From the NCBI GenBank assembly GCA_030390025.1, contig JASTWF010000036.1, positions 2,482,001 to 2,546,000 on the forward strand: a stretch of DNA of 64,000 nt. Direction: 5' to 3'. The stretch is from Squalus acanthias. Its lineage: Eukaryota. This document shows, piece after piece, positions 1 through 12,260 of this stretch; the stretch's first letter is position 1; each line of letters opens with the position of its first letter. Both the position numbers and the translations under genes were made by a program. Under the pieces are notes generated by a model. The model worked only from the letters and a program-made list of their open reading frames with translations. It did not search any database and was not told where the DNA came from.

Positions 1-226
1 AACCCAAGGCCATGAGTACAAAATTAACAAATCTCAAGTAATACTCAAGATCAGGAGAATTTCTACCCCCATCCCCCACCAGAGTAGCAGATATGTGGAA
101 TAGACTCTGTAGAAGAGCAATTTATGTTGTTTTGATTAACTCCTTAAAAAAATGGATGTATATCTGGTTCAAATGGAGATGAAGGTTACAAGGATAAGTA
201 GAATGGAATTGACTAAGTACTGTGTG

Positions 227-854
227 AAACACAATTTTTCCCCTAAAAAAGGGGTGGGTTTGGAGCGTGGGGGCAGTTAAATTGTTAAAAATGGGATTCC
301 CGGCCTAATCCCGCCTACAACCCGCCCACTTCTGGTTTTGCCGGAGGACCAACCTGCTCCCAGGGGGGCGTTACCTCAATTTAAATATTCTAAAGAGGCT
401 GGCAGCCTCTTTTTTCACCTCCATTTTGAATTTAACTGCTTGTGGACGGGTTTCACACAATTCGTGAAACCGAGGCGGGGACTGCTGCATCCAGGAGGTA
501 AGTGGCTTTATACCTACTTCCTGGATCCCGGGTCCCTACCATACCCACCCCCCGCGATCGGAGACCCCCTCATGAGGCCTCCGACCGCCTCCCCAGGCCT
601 CCGATCCCCACCATGAGGCTTCCCTCCCCCATCCCACTGATGAGGAGGCTGGCCACAATCCTCCGGTGGCCGGCCCCGATCCTCTTTCCCCCCTTACCGA
701 TCCAGTCGACCCCCGACCCCCCCTTCCTGATCTCTAGCCAACTCCAATCCCTGATAAAGTCCTCAGGGTCTGCGGGAAATCCGGCCTGCCGGGTTTCCCG
801 CCCGCCTCGGAGGCGCCCCGCCCCCAACCTGCCTCCCTCGAGAAAATTCCAGCC
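227..854 (+). mobile_element. GC-rich MITE-like DNA element (same family as 37999-38625)
   Basis: Shares blocks caacccgcccac, accaacc.gct, aaatatt.taa.gaggct and ggtaagtg with the reverse complement of 38340-38624. Right end gaaaattccagcc; left end decayed. Confidence 0.55.
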
Positions 855-1754
855 AATTACCTTAAAATGTTTAGGGCGTTTGCAGGAAATTAATTTGTCT
901 GCTATTTTAACAGAGGCATTAACTAATTTATTTTTAACTGGTTAATGATTCCAGTAAAATAGCAGACAAAGGAATTTCATACAAATGTATTAATATTTGT
1001 ACAGCATAATTTTAAGGTCAATTCTTCCTGAGCTGGAGAACCATGGAACTGTCAGGTCATGCAAAGCAAATGGCCAAAATGGAATAATGCAGACTGCAAG
1101 GTTAATTAAATATTCTGGAATATTGCACGATCAGCTTGGCAGGGGGTTGAAGGCAGTGAAAAACCTTGTAGAACCTTCCCTCAGGAAATGAATTTGGATA
1201 TAGTCCATGATAGGGCAGTATGTATACAGTCTGTGGAAAGAATGGGCTTGTTGGGCCAAATAGTTTTTTTCTTATTCCTTGCTTTCTCTTGTTCTTTTGA
1301 AGACACCTCGGGCATTGTAAACATTACATGCAACGCACAGTTCTTAAACATTTTCACTTGTCACTCAGCTTTCTCCTTACACTGAGCATTGCAACGATAA
1401 GCAGAATTTCTTTTTTGATAGCCTGAAGCTAGTTAAAATATTTTTTTGACTTCTATCCCCTCTCTGAGATGGTGGAAAGATTTTTGCTATTGTGCATTGT
1501 CAATGATTTATCCACTACACTGTCTAGAGGAATATTGTGATAGCTTGGCTACTGAAAGTGACGCAAGCATTAAGAATTCCTATGCAATTCCAATCTAGGA
1601 AAGTAATTTCAGTTCCAGCAGGGTGGAATGGGTAACACCGTTACATTTAATTCCCTCATATGATTCAATTGCGAGAACAATCTTTATGTTCAAATTTATC
1701 ACAAGAGCCCAAAAAGCTGGACCAAGTAACAGACCCCTAGCTACGGTGAGGGCT

Positions 1755-2112
1755 TTTTTTTTATTCGTTCCTGGGATGTGGGTGTCGCTGGCAAGGCCAG
1801 CATTTATTGCCTATCCCTAATTGCCCTCGAGAAGGTGGTGGTGAGCCGCCTTCTTGAACTGCTGCAGTCCGTGTGGTGAAGGTACTCCCACAGTGCTGTT
1901 AGGGAGGGAGTTCCAGGATTTTGACCCAGCGACGATGAAGGAACGGCGATATACTTCCAGTCAGGATGGTGTGTGACTTGGAGGGGAACTTGGATGTGGC
2001 GGTGTTCCCATGCGCCTGCTGCCCTTGTCCTTCTAGGTGGTAGAGGTCACAGGTTTGGGAGGTGCTGCTGAAGAAGTCTTGGCGAGTTGCTGCAGTGCAT
2101 CTTGTAGATGGT
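1755..2112 (-). mobile_element. 3' end of a non-LTR retrotransposon (CR1-group clade, distinct family)
   Basis: A-rich 3' terminus on the minus strand (tttttttattcg on plus) followed by GC-balanced, coding-like sequence with an abrupt 5' truncation. Recognised as a common elasmobranch LINE end from recall. Confidence 0.55.
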
Positions 2113-2189
2113 TTGTATTTGCCTTTGTACAAACTAATGGATTTTTCTTTTGAATTAATGCTCAATAAGATATGAAAAATGCAGACAAA

Positions 2190-2860
2190 TGCAAAGCTGT
2201 ACATACTGGAAGAGGAAACAGGAAATGCGTACATAGTGAAAGGATATAGATTAGCAAAGGTGAAAAGGAAAAGAAATTAGATGTGATTATTGACCATTCA
2301 TTGAAAGCATCCAGTCATTGTGAAACTTCCATCAATATGGATAATTATGTGCCTGTATACATCTCAAGGGCATTTGATTTTAAGTTGGGATAAGTTATTC
2401 TAACCTTGTAGAAATTATTGGTGAGGCCATATTTGGAACACTGACTGCAACTTTGGGCACTTTTCTTTAAAAGGACAATGCTGTTTTGGGGATTGCTCAG
2501 AGAAGACAACAATTATTCTGGGATTTAGTACTCTAAGTTATGAAGAGAGGCTCACAGAACTGAATTTGTATTCACTGCAGATTAACAGGGGACATGATCC
2601 AGATTTTGAAAATGTTGAGAGACATGAGATGAAAACGTGTTATTTAACTGTCACCTTTGAGCGCAGAATTAGAGGACACAAGTATCGAATTAACAAGCTT
2701 CAAGTAAAACTTGAAATTAGCAGAATATTCTCTCTCAGTGTAGTGGATAAGTGGAATAGAATCCCAGCTTAAGCAATCAATGCTATTTTGCTGAACGGCT
2801 TTGAAAAGGGCTGGACGAATACCTAGTTTGGAAAGGGATTGAAGCCGACAAGGACAGAGA
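2190..2860 (+). mobile_element. Old degenerate CR1 fragment
   Basis: Remnants of LVRPHLE (ttggtgaggccatatttggaa), SYEERL (agttatgaagagaggctc), RGH and VVDKWNRIP. Confidence 0.65.
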
Positions 2861-4132
2861 TCCCTCCGTCCTGATGGGTTCTGAATTACCGAGACCTTGG
2901 GAATGTCATGCCAGTGAAGGCAACCGTCATGGATGAGTGAGGTAGGATGTACGGTTAACTGGAGTTTTACTTGATTTACCTGTGGGAAGAAGGTACAAAC
3001 TTTGCAGAAGATTTCCTCAAGAGTTGGAATAAGTTAGGTGAGGTCCACAATGGAATGGATTGCACATGGCCTGAGGAAAAGGACTTAATGGTCTGAATGG
3101 CCTCTTCTCATTCAGTGCTTGTGGTCCAGGCATATGTATGCTGTTACCACTGGCAGATATTGTGAAACAACAGAAGCTTGTTCAGGTTCAACATAGGCAA
3201 TATTCAACTTTGTGGTATTGATGAATTTCAACTCAATCAACATCCATAAAAGTAGATGGCCACAAAAATTATACAGCTTAGTCCCTGATCAACTATTAAT
3301 CCATTTTTCTGGTGTAGGATGTAAAAGATATCTTCCTTGAAGTATCTGGATTTATGGTAATGTAGGAACAGTGCCAAAGCATTGCCTTTGAGATTGGTAA
3401 GGGAAGTACCATGTAAACTGCCAAAGGATACCTATACAATATGGAATTTAGCTGTTGAACTGAGTGCTGGGAAGTAAACTTTGAAGACAGGCTTTTTAGC
3501 AATTAAGTCATTATCCCTGGCTCGGGTCCAGGGAAGAAGCACTTAGTGAACCGTAAACAGGTCACGACCCCTCATATTTGTGGGGATCCCTTTGTTAAGA
3601 ACATAAGAAATAGGAGCAGGAGTAGGCCATTCGGCCCCTTGAGCCTGCTCCACCATTCAATAAGATCATGGCTGATCTTCGACCTCAACTCCACTATCGC
3701 CAGATCCCTTGATTCCCTTAATATTCAAAAATCTATCGATCTCTGTCTTGAATATATTCAACGACTGAGCCTCCACAGCCCTCTGGGGTAGAGAATTCCA
3801 AAGATTCACCACCCTCTGAGTGAAGAAATTTCTCCTCATCTCAGTCCTAAATGGCCGACCCCTTATTCTGAGACGATGACCCCTGCTTCTAGACTCCCCA
3901 GCCAGGGGAAACATCCTCCCTGCATCTACCCTGTAAGAATTTTGTATGTTTCAATGAGATCACCTCTCATTCTTCTAAACTCCAGAGAATATAGGCCTAG
4001 TCTACTCAATCTCTCCTCATAGGACAATCCCCCCATCCCAGGAATCAGTCTGGTGAACCTTCGTAACACTCCCTCTATGGCAAGTATATCCTTCCTTAGG
4101 TAAGGAGACCAAAACTGTACACAATACTCCAG

Positions 4133-4410
4133 GGGCTGGATTTTGATACTGGGGCGGGTTGGGGTCGTGTCATCCACTTTTCGTGTTATCCACCCGACTG
4201 CAATTGGATGTGGGAGATTGATGCAATTTTCACCTAATTGGGCAATTGAGTTCGAGCATGTGGGAACCCATGAACCAATTAGTGTTTTCAGTCTGAAAGT
4301 CGCCTCTGATGATGTCATCATTGCTGCTGCATTGAAGGTCTTCAGAGACTGCCTGGCCTTTGCTGTGAGAGGACCTGGAGAGATATATATAATATGAGAA
4401 AGAGAGAGAG

Positions 4411-4474
<64 letters not shown>

Positions 4475-4774
4475 TCTCTCCAGCTAGCCAGCCAAATGTG
4501 CTCCCGCCAGGTTTCACAATCGTGGTTCAGAACAGGCGTGCTTCACGCAGAACAAGGGTTAAAATCACAAAGGCCTTTCAAAATGGCATTATAGAGCCAA
4601 TTTAGTGCTTGTTAAGGGCCTTAACAGCCTATCCCGTCTCTTAAAGGCGGGACGAGCAGACACGATTTCATGAAAATTGGGTGGAGGCGGGATGGAGGCG
4701 GACTTGTGCCCGCCCGCCAGTTTTCACAATTTTAACCCCCCACACGCCTCCAAGGGTCAATGAAAATCCAGCCC
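4133..4774. mobile_element. PIF/Harbinger-type MITE, 642 bp, CAG TSD
   Basis: TIRs gggctggatttt / aaaatccagccc. CAG duplicated at 4130-4132 and 4775-4777. Removing the element restores CR1 tactccaggtgtggtctcacc. Confidence 0.85.
4396..4473 (+). repeat. (GA)n microsatellite inside the MITE
   Basis: About 75 bp of near-perfect GA repeats. Confidence 0.95.
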
Positions 4775-5945
4775 CAGGTGTGGTCTCACCAGGGCCCTAT
4801 ATAATTGCACTAAGACGTCTTTACTCTTCTACTCAAATCCTCTTGTAATAAAGGCCAACATACCATTTGGTTTCCTAATTGCTTGCTGTACCTGCATGTT
4901 AACTTTCAGTGATTCGTGTACAAGGACACCCAGGTCCCTCTAAACACCAACATTTCCCAATTTCTCACCATTTAAAAAATACTCTGCTTTTCTATTTTTC
5001 CTACCAAAGTGGATAACTTCACATTTCTCCACATTATATTTAATTTGCCATGTTCTTGCCCACTCACTCAGCCTGTCTATGTCCCCTTGAAGCCTCCTTG
5101 CATCCTCCTCACAACTTACATTCCCACCCAGCTTTGTATCATCAGCAAACTTGGATATATTACATTTGGTCCCCTCATCCAAATCATTGATGTAGATTAT
5201 GAATAGCGGAGGCCCAAGCACTGATCCTTGCGGTACCCCACTAGTTACAGCCTGCCAACCCGAAAATGACCCGTTTATTCCTACTCTGTTTTCTGTCCGT
5301 TAACTAATCCTCAATCCATGCTAGTATATTACCCCCAATCCCATGAGCCCTAATTTTGTTTAATAACCTCTTGTGTGGCACCTTATCGAATGTCTTCTGA
5401 AAATCCAAATACACCACATCCACTGGTTCCCCCTTATCTTTTCTGCTAGTTACAACCTCAAAAAACTCAAACAGATTTGTCAATCACGATTTCCCTTTCA
5501 TAAATCCGTGTTGACTCTGCCCAATTCTATTATTATTTTCTAAGTGCCCTGTTACCACATCCTTAATAATAGATTCTAGCATTTTCCCTACTACTGATGT
5601 CAGGCTAACTGGTCTGCAGTTCTCTGTTTTCTCTCTCCCTCCTTTCTTAAATAGTGGGGTTACATTTGCTACCTTCCAATCCGCAGGAACCGTTCCAGAA
5701 TCTATGGAATTTCGGAAGATGACAAAAGTAAGACTACAAGGCAGGGCGGGTGGGGGCGCGGCGGTCATAAAAGTGGAGTTGACCTGTCTGGAAATCCATG
5801 CTTCAGTACTGACTTGTTGGGAATGATTGACACATAAAAAGGGGCGAGCCCTTCTGACTCATGGTTTTTCTTTATCTTTGCTCGAAGTAGAAGTCTTTCC
5901 TAGTCTTTGTGTTAGCCAGAAGACAACATTTATTTCCTCCACGAT

Positions 5946-6161
5946 AGCAAAATACTGCGGATGCTGGAAATCTGAAATAACAACAGAAAACGCTGGAAAA
6001 ACTCAGCAGGCTAGGCAGCATCCGTGGCGAGAGAAACAGAGTTAACGTTTCAGGTCGAAGGTTCTGACGAAAGGTCTGCGACCTGAAACGTTAACTCTGT
6101 TTCTCTCTCCATGGATGCTGCCTAGCCTGCTGAGTTTTTCCAGCGTTTTCTGTTGTTATTT
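5946..6161. mobile_element. Penelope-like-element-derived inverted-repeat insertion with a hammerhead ribozyme core
   Basis: 83-bp arms at 5975-6057 and 6079-6161 with 2 mismatches. 14-bp direct repeat atttatttcctcca at 5928-5941 and 6158-6171. CTGACGA...GAAA core at the centre. Confidence 0.7.
6060..6096 (+). ncRNA. Putative minimal type I hammerhead ribozyme
   Basis: ggtt-CTGACGA-a-AGGTC-tgc-GACCT-GAAA-CGTT-aact: conserved core, 5-bp stem II, palindromic ACGT in place of stem III, short stem I. Confidence 0.6.
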
Positions 6162-6851
6162 ATTTCCTCCATTCTTCTTCTGTAAGAACTTTTACTTAGC
6201 AAGTTTAAGAGGTATCCTTACCAGTAGAAGTAACTTTAAGGACAGAATGTCAGAGGTTTGAAGCTAAATTGTGGCTACACCAGCCATTCAGACAAAGCTA
6301 AGAGTATGACTTAATTGTGAATAGTCTGAGATTGAGAAAAACGATAGTCTACAACATGGAAGTAAGCATTCTTCACACCTATAGCTGTAATTATTGATAT
6401 TCATTGAGGCTGCAGTAATCTTAAATGTCACCATTTTTAATCTTTTTCTCTAGTTAGCCTGCTGAGTTACCTTAGTATGTAAACCATATGAAGGCCATAT
6501 GTAAACCTTCCAGGCACTTTTGTAAAGTAAAACAAGCCAAAACTTTCAGATATGGCCTTTGACTATAATAACGAATGTACCCAAATAAGCAAGACTGTGA
6601 ACTAGCTTGCGAGGCAAGGCTGAATCTTCAGTAGAGGAAGATGAAGGCTTCTACTTGACTAAGGTTTCAATGATTCGCTGACCCACTAAGGAGAAATGGC
6701 AACTAATCCTCCTACTTGTACAGAGGGCGCATATGACTATATTGAAAGACTGATTGGAGTTCGCTTTAGACAAGATCAACTTCTGGCGCAGGACTTTCAC
6801 TAATTGTTGCCATGGTAATATTCTGCCAAACTGACTCATATTTCTCTTGCC

Positions 6852-6973
6852 CTGATGGTATATAGTCTTTTGACCTGAAACGTTGACTCTGTTTCTCTCT
6901 CTGCTGCCGTTGAGTGTTTTCCAGCATTTTCTGTTTCTATTTCAGATTTCCATCATTCGCAGTATTTTGCTTT
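6852..6973 (+). mobile_element. Second, decayed copy of the Penelope-derived arm
   Basis: gacctgaaacgttgactctgtttctctc...ccagcattttctgtttctatttcagatttcc...gcagtattttgcttt matches the right arm and is the reverse complement of 5946-6057. Confidence 0.65.
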
Positions 6974-8290
6974 TATATTCTCTCTCGTGGGAAGAGTTTA
7001 AAGGTGTTGTTTATTGAAAGATATAAAGATTGCGCAACCTGAACAGTTTCTGGAGTTACTTCAAATGGGAAGGAATACACTACATGTCTTTCATAGACAA
7101 AAGGCAGGCTGCAAGTCTAGTGGTACTGTAATTGTGACATTCTGAAAATCATTCCAGTACAATAGGTACTCCTACATTAAACACCGGTATTCATTACATT
7201 GCAAGCTTTAAGTAGTTGACGGTTTCAGATCCTGGGTTCGGAAAGCTAGGGAAGTGATATACAGTAACGTTTTAACCAGAATCCATAGAGCCTCAATGAC
7301 TGATAAAGTACTCTTCAGACATAGTCTACAGATGCAAGATTTTCAAAATCTTGATATCATGTGGCATAGTTTGGGCTTGAACCCCAAGAGCTATTGCCAT
7401 TCTGTCAATCGAAGAGGAAAAACTGGAGACCCCAACCTCAAAAAAGAACACTACTCCTCATCTAGTCATTATTTTGACTTCAAGAGAAGGATCATTCATA
7501 AATTCATAAGCTGATAAATAAGCCTTCCGTTCTTGCTGACTAAGTGTAGCAACTAAACATGGTCAAGATCATCTTGGTGGTGAAATGATCTTTTGGCCTC
7601 AAAGGCATTTGATTAAGATGACTTCTACTTTGAGGTAGATTAGGGTATTATAATATCTGTATGTAAATTGTCATGGGCATCATAAAGTGTTATACACAGG
7701 CAACCTGCTGAAAAGATGATGTTGAAGAGACACTCATTGGTAATGCAGTATGGTTTGCTGCCTGGTTAATAGATGATCTTAGTGCAGACAATAGGTGTGA
7801 CAATATATGGCAATACCAAATTAACAGAACATATTTGTGGTGAGAAAAGTGTTGGCCTTTTTCCTCCTTATTGTAAAGTACTCGGAAGTATCTTCCTGCA
7901 CGAGGAGTGCTGTATAAAGGTAAGCCGTTATCATTTCGAAAAAGATTGGAATTTTCTTGTTTCATTCAACCCATCCAGCTCACACCATCATTCAGGCTGA
8001 TGCGCAGGATTCGCAGTGACCAGTGTAGGCCAAAAATATCTCGACTAGAAGATTTTGTAGCCATAAGAACACAGAATGTAAAACCTTTGTTTTATATCCA
8101 TAATCGAACAATCCATGTGTTTTCTCCTGCAACTTTTAGACCATGAAGTCAACAAACAGATTTTAAAACAAGGTAGGGAAGTAAAGAGAGTATGAGCTTA
8201 GAAAGACAGAGTATAACTGCACCAGAAGACATAGATACTTTGTACTGCCAACTTCTGTGCAGGAGCAAAAGAACACAAGGGTTTATACAA

Positions 8291-8498
8291 GGGCGGATTC
8301 ACCAATCAGGTGCTCCTGGCAAGGAGCAGCAGTTGCAGGGAGTGCTGGTCGGTAAGTCATGGCCCAAAAAGCCCATGGATTTTCCTTTCATTTAAATGAA
8401 TGGATGGAAAATCAGGCACTGAGGCCCTGTGATTTCTCAACTACTACTCCCAGTCAATGCCACTCCTTTCTGGGAGCACCCAATTCGGGAATCAGTCC
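8291..8498. mobile_element. Decayed palindromic (fold-back) MITE, about 210 bp
   Basis: Left arm gggcggattcaccaatcaggtgctcc... aligns to the reverse complement of ...ggagcacccaattcgggaatcagtcc. Centre gattttcc..ttcatttaaatgaa..ggaaaatc. Confidence 0.6.
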
Positions 8499-10114
8499 TA
8501 TAGAGTCATGTGGATATCCAAAGTAAAGCATGTTGCACATTTGAAATGCATCAAATTTGCTGCTAGATACAAGACTATCATAAAAAATTGTAACTGTATG
8601 GTGAAGGCCAGATCTGATGGCGAAGCTTTACTTCATCTGGTTGTTCCTATTAAATGAAAAAGTTCAAAAGGTATTCACTAACCCTAATTGACAATATTGT
8701 GTCCTGTAAGTGCCCAAGAAACTGAGATCATTGACCCAATTCCAAAAAAAGTTGATCTAAGAGGATACAGAAACAAGCAACCAAGACACATCAGGAATTC
8801 ATGATGTGAGGAAAGGGGAAGCTGTGTTTGTTCATTTCGAAAAAGAGAAAACTTTGAAATGACCTGAACTTTTCAAGATTATGAAGGGGAATGATAAAGT
8901 TGATCCTGGCAAATTGATCACCATTGTAAAGAGCTCAAATACAAAAGGGACACAAGTTAAAAACAAGAATTTAGGAGTAAGGAAGAATCAGAAGGAATCT
9001 TTTCACCCAAAAGGTAATAGACTTGGGCATTAAACAAAATATTATAAATGGGTTCAAGAGACAACTGGATGCATTTCTGGACAGAATGATGAAGACAAGT
9101 AGACAGGATTGAAATTAATCAAAAGCAGATGGAGTTTGTTGGACCAATTGATCTCCTTTGGACTGGGTTATGATGCATCAATAGCAGGAAACAATGCAAA
9201 ATATGTTCAAAGCCCTACTTGCTGTAGATCATCTGCTTATAAAAGCTGATTAGCATTCCATACAATTGGTCGTAACACTTGGTTAACTGCATGCTAATGT
9301 GCTCTTTTTTTTGTTTCCAGTTCTTAACATTTGCAATTGTACTAATGAGTCATTACATTGTTAAAAGGAACTACCAAGCTATAATTAAATTTATGAAAAC
9401 TTTAATCATGCTAAGATTCTGTATGAACTGTTTAATATTGACCCGATTTCTCCAAAACATTGCCAAGCTAGCCCTATTTTGGAAATCAGGGCTCCAAGCA
9501 GTTAGGTTATCGCATTATGCATCTGCTGTGCCAGAACAGCAACATATAATTTGTAAGCTGCTAAAGAATTTTTCCTGCTGCTAAATATTAAAGCCTAGAA
9601 AGTATACCTGGCAATATTAGCAGGCAAACGTATTTGTATCACATTCCTCTGTCCACTGTTTTAATGGAAGCGTTAACCCGTTCATTTTAAATGTGTTAAG
9701 ACCTCTACTAATATAGTAGACAGAGGAACGGCAAACAATTTTGTTATGTGCTTTGCTGGCAATATTGCCAACTGTAACTTATAGGCTTAAAAGAGTGCAT
9801 TCCAATGATTACTTCAGTTAAGAAAGTTTCAGTTAGGACACAGTGCTTCTTTAAGAAACATATACCATCAACTCAACTTAAGCTTGTCAAATAAACCAGC
9901 AGGGATGGGATGAAATTCCTCCCATTAATAATTTTAGTAAAAAAGTTTGCATAAGTAGAAAATAGAATTAAAGATACAAAATTATAAATTCTAAAACTCG
10001 GAAATAAAAACACCAAAAATGCCAAAACCGCACTGCAGGCTAATCCACATATGCAAGAGAAAGACTTATTGATGCTTTAGTGTGACCCTTCATCAGAATT
10101 GGGAGTCAGGCTGG

Positions 10115-10905
10115 AACATACATAGGAACATTCAGCCCTCCAGCCTGCTCCATCATTCAATCAGGTAATGGCTAATCTATATCTTAAACTCCATCTACCT
10201 GCCTTATTACCATATCCCTTAATATCCTTACCCAACAAAAATCTATCGATCTCGGTCTTGAAAATTTCAACTGACCCAGCATCCACAGCCTTTTGTGGGG
10301 TGGGCAAGCGTTACAGATTTTCATTATCCTTTGTGTGGAAAAACTGATTCCTGATTTCACTCCTAAATGGCTTAGCTCTAAATTTATGCCCCCTTGTTCT
10401 TGATTCCCCCATCAGAGGAAATAGTTTTTCTCCATTTACCCTATCAAATCCCTTAAACACCTCGATCAGATCACCCCTCAACCGTCTAAACTCAAGGGAA
10501 TACAAACCAAATTTATGCAACCTGTCCTCATACTTTAACCCTTTAAGCCCTGGAATCATTCTGTTGAACCTGCGCTGTACCCCATCCATACTCAATATGT
10601 CTTTACTGAGGTGTGGTGCCCAAAACTGAATGCAATACCCCAGATGGGATCTGACCGAGGCTGTATACAACTTCCACTTTGTATTCCAACTCTCAAGATA
10701 AAAGCCAACATTCCAAAAGTCTTTTTGATTACTTTTTATACCTGTGCACTAGCTTTTAGTGATTTGTGTACATAGACAACTAAATCCTCTTGCTCCTCCA
10801 CAGATCCTACTCTCTCATGAAGAAAATATTCTGATTTGTCTTTCTCAGATCCCAAGTGGACGACCTCACACTTCCTCACATTGAAGGCCATCTGCCACTG
10901 TTTGG
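10115..10905 (-). mobile_element. CR1 3' fragment
   Basis: ORFs 10311..10670 and 10736..10942 (WQMAFNVRKCEVVH, EFRRLRGDLIEVFK) plus a CR1 3' UTR. Confidence 0.88.
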
Positions 10906-11546
10906 CAAAAACAAAGAGGGCAGCCAGGTTCTTCAGTAACATCCAGATTTCCTTAATAAATAGTACCAGAAGGTAATTTGCGATTTAACAAATATCCCAT
11001 ATCAAAGTGTCCAACTCACCACTTGTCTAGAGCTAGTTTTATTAAAGGCATTAGCGCATTAAATTCTCCTCCCCTTCCCTCCTTGTTTTTGAATCAGTCC
11101 TTTATTAGGAATGTACCAGACTGGAAAAAATACCAGACTGAGCTGGCCCAGTGAAACAATTATGACAGGAGCCAAACCTGCATTCTTTTGATATCCACTG
11201 TGGCTCTAACCGAACAGACACCTTACACATGAGGCCACATGTCCCACTATATTGGGCTTCTTCATTTCTGATACAAATTATGAATGTTCTGTTGGCAGCG
11301 GACATGCTGGCTTCTGACTGAAATGGAAGAAGAAGAAATCACTCACTGCAACAAACCACTTGCTCTAACTGTGGGGGAACAATGGCACTGGTCATAGTGA
11401 CATTGTAAATCCATTTGGAAAGAACGCATTTGCCATGTTGCTATGGATACCGACCAAAGTAATTCTTTCTTTTAAGGTTTGACCTCAAACACCTCATGAC
11501 TGTCCTATTCTGACACCACCCTTGTATAAAGATTTAAGTCACAAAC

Positions 11547-11753
11547 CAGAGCATCCTCTTGCTGTTTCTTCAGCTGTTCCAGCATCTGCTTAAATTCCTG
11601 TTCTTTCTGCTCCGCTTCCTCCAGGGTAGCTTGGTTTTGTTCCTCATAGGCCATGGCGACAACAGCCAGAATCAGGTTCACCAGGTAAAAAGAACCCACG
11701 AAGATGACGAGAACGAAAAAGATCATGTACGTTTTCCCCGCTGCTCTTAATGT
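11547..11753 (-). CDS. SCN8A: SCN8A exon 9 (DI S6 and start of loop 1), 207 bp
   Basis: gtcttttgcag|ACATTAAGAGCA...GATGCTCTG|gtttgt. Encodes [80 protein letters not shown] is SCN8A-like. The 3' boundary is assigned from the expected exon length. Confidence 0.9.
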
Positions 11754-11899
11754 CTGCAAAAGACACAATTTGTTTTTACTTAACCTTTATAGAAGATAGT
11801 TTGGGTAATATAGCCATCAAACATGTTAATTTACAGTGATACCCATCTACCAGCTTTACCATTATCTCATATGCCAGATATAAAAACTCACTGTCAATA

Positions 11900-12260
11900 A
11901 CATTTTTATAGCAACCTCATCACATCTCAATAACAGTTCAAAGCACTTCATATTCAGTGAATTATTTATGTAGGCAAATGTAGCAGCTATTCTGCATCCA
12001 CCAAGATCCCACAAACAGCAATGAGATAAATGACCAGCAAATCTGTTTTTGATAGTGTCAGTTGAGGGAGGAATATTGGCTGAGACATTGGGAGAACTCG
12101 CCCCCTCTTTGAATAATGCCATGGGATCTTTTACGTCCACCTGAACAGACAGGGCCTTAGTTTAACATCTTATCTGAAGGGTAACACTTCTGAAAATGCT
12201 GCACTCCCTCAGTACTGCACTGGAGTGTCAGCCTATATTATGTGCTAAAATCCTGGAGTT
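11900..12260 (-). mobile_element. Deu-domain SINE (SacSINE1/AmnSINE1-related)
   Basis: Reverse complement of the 30941-31382 element (ccatgggatcttttacgtccacctga, gcactccctcagtactgcactggagtgtcagcct). Confidence 0.7.

Larger units (their letters stand above)
3595..5723 (-). mobile_element. 5'-truncated CR1 LINE interrupted by a MITE at 4133-4774
   Basis: ORF fragments VPADWKVANVTPLFKKG, ISKFADDTKLGG, LEYCVQFWSPYLRKD and RRNFFTQRVVNLWNSLP. Tail (ttcttatg)n at about 3595-3610. Confidence 0.92.

Noticed and set aside
338..945. Proline-rich ORFs of 85-147 aa
   Set aside because: By-products of a GC-rich MITE-like repeat; no recognisable domain.
4230..4594. ER-repeat and SL-repeat ORFs
   Set aside because: Translations of the (GA)n microsatellite.
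1..11500. Search for SCN8A exon 10 (SKLSSKSAKERRNRRKK-like)
   Set aside because: No such coding sequence seen on the minus strand, so it presumably lies beyond the window. Exon 3 and the AT-AC intron were likewise not seen in 62268-64000.
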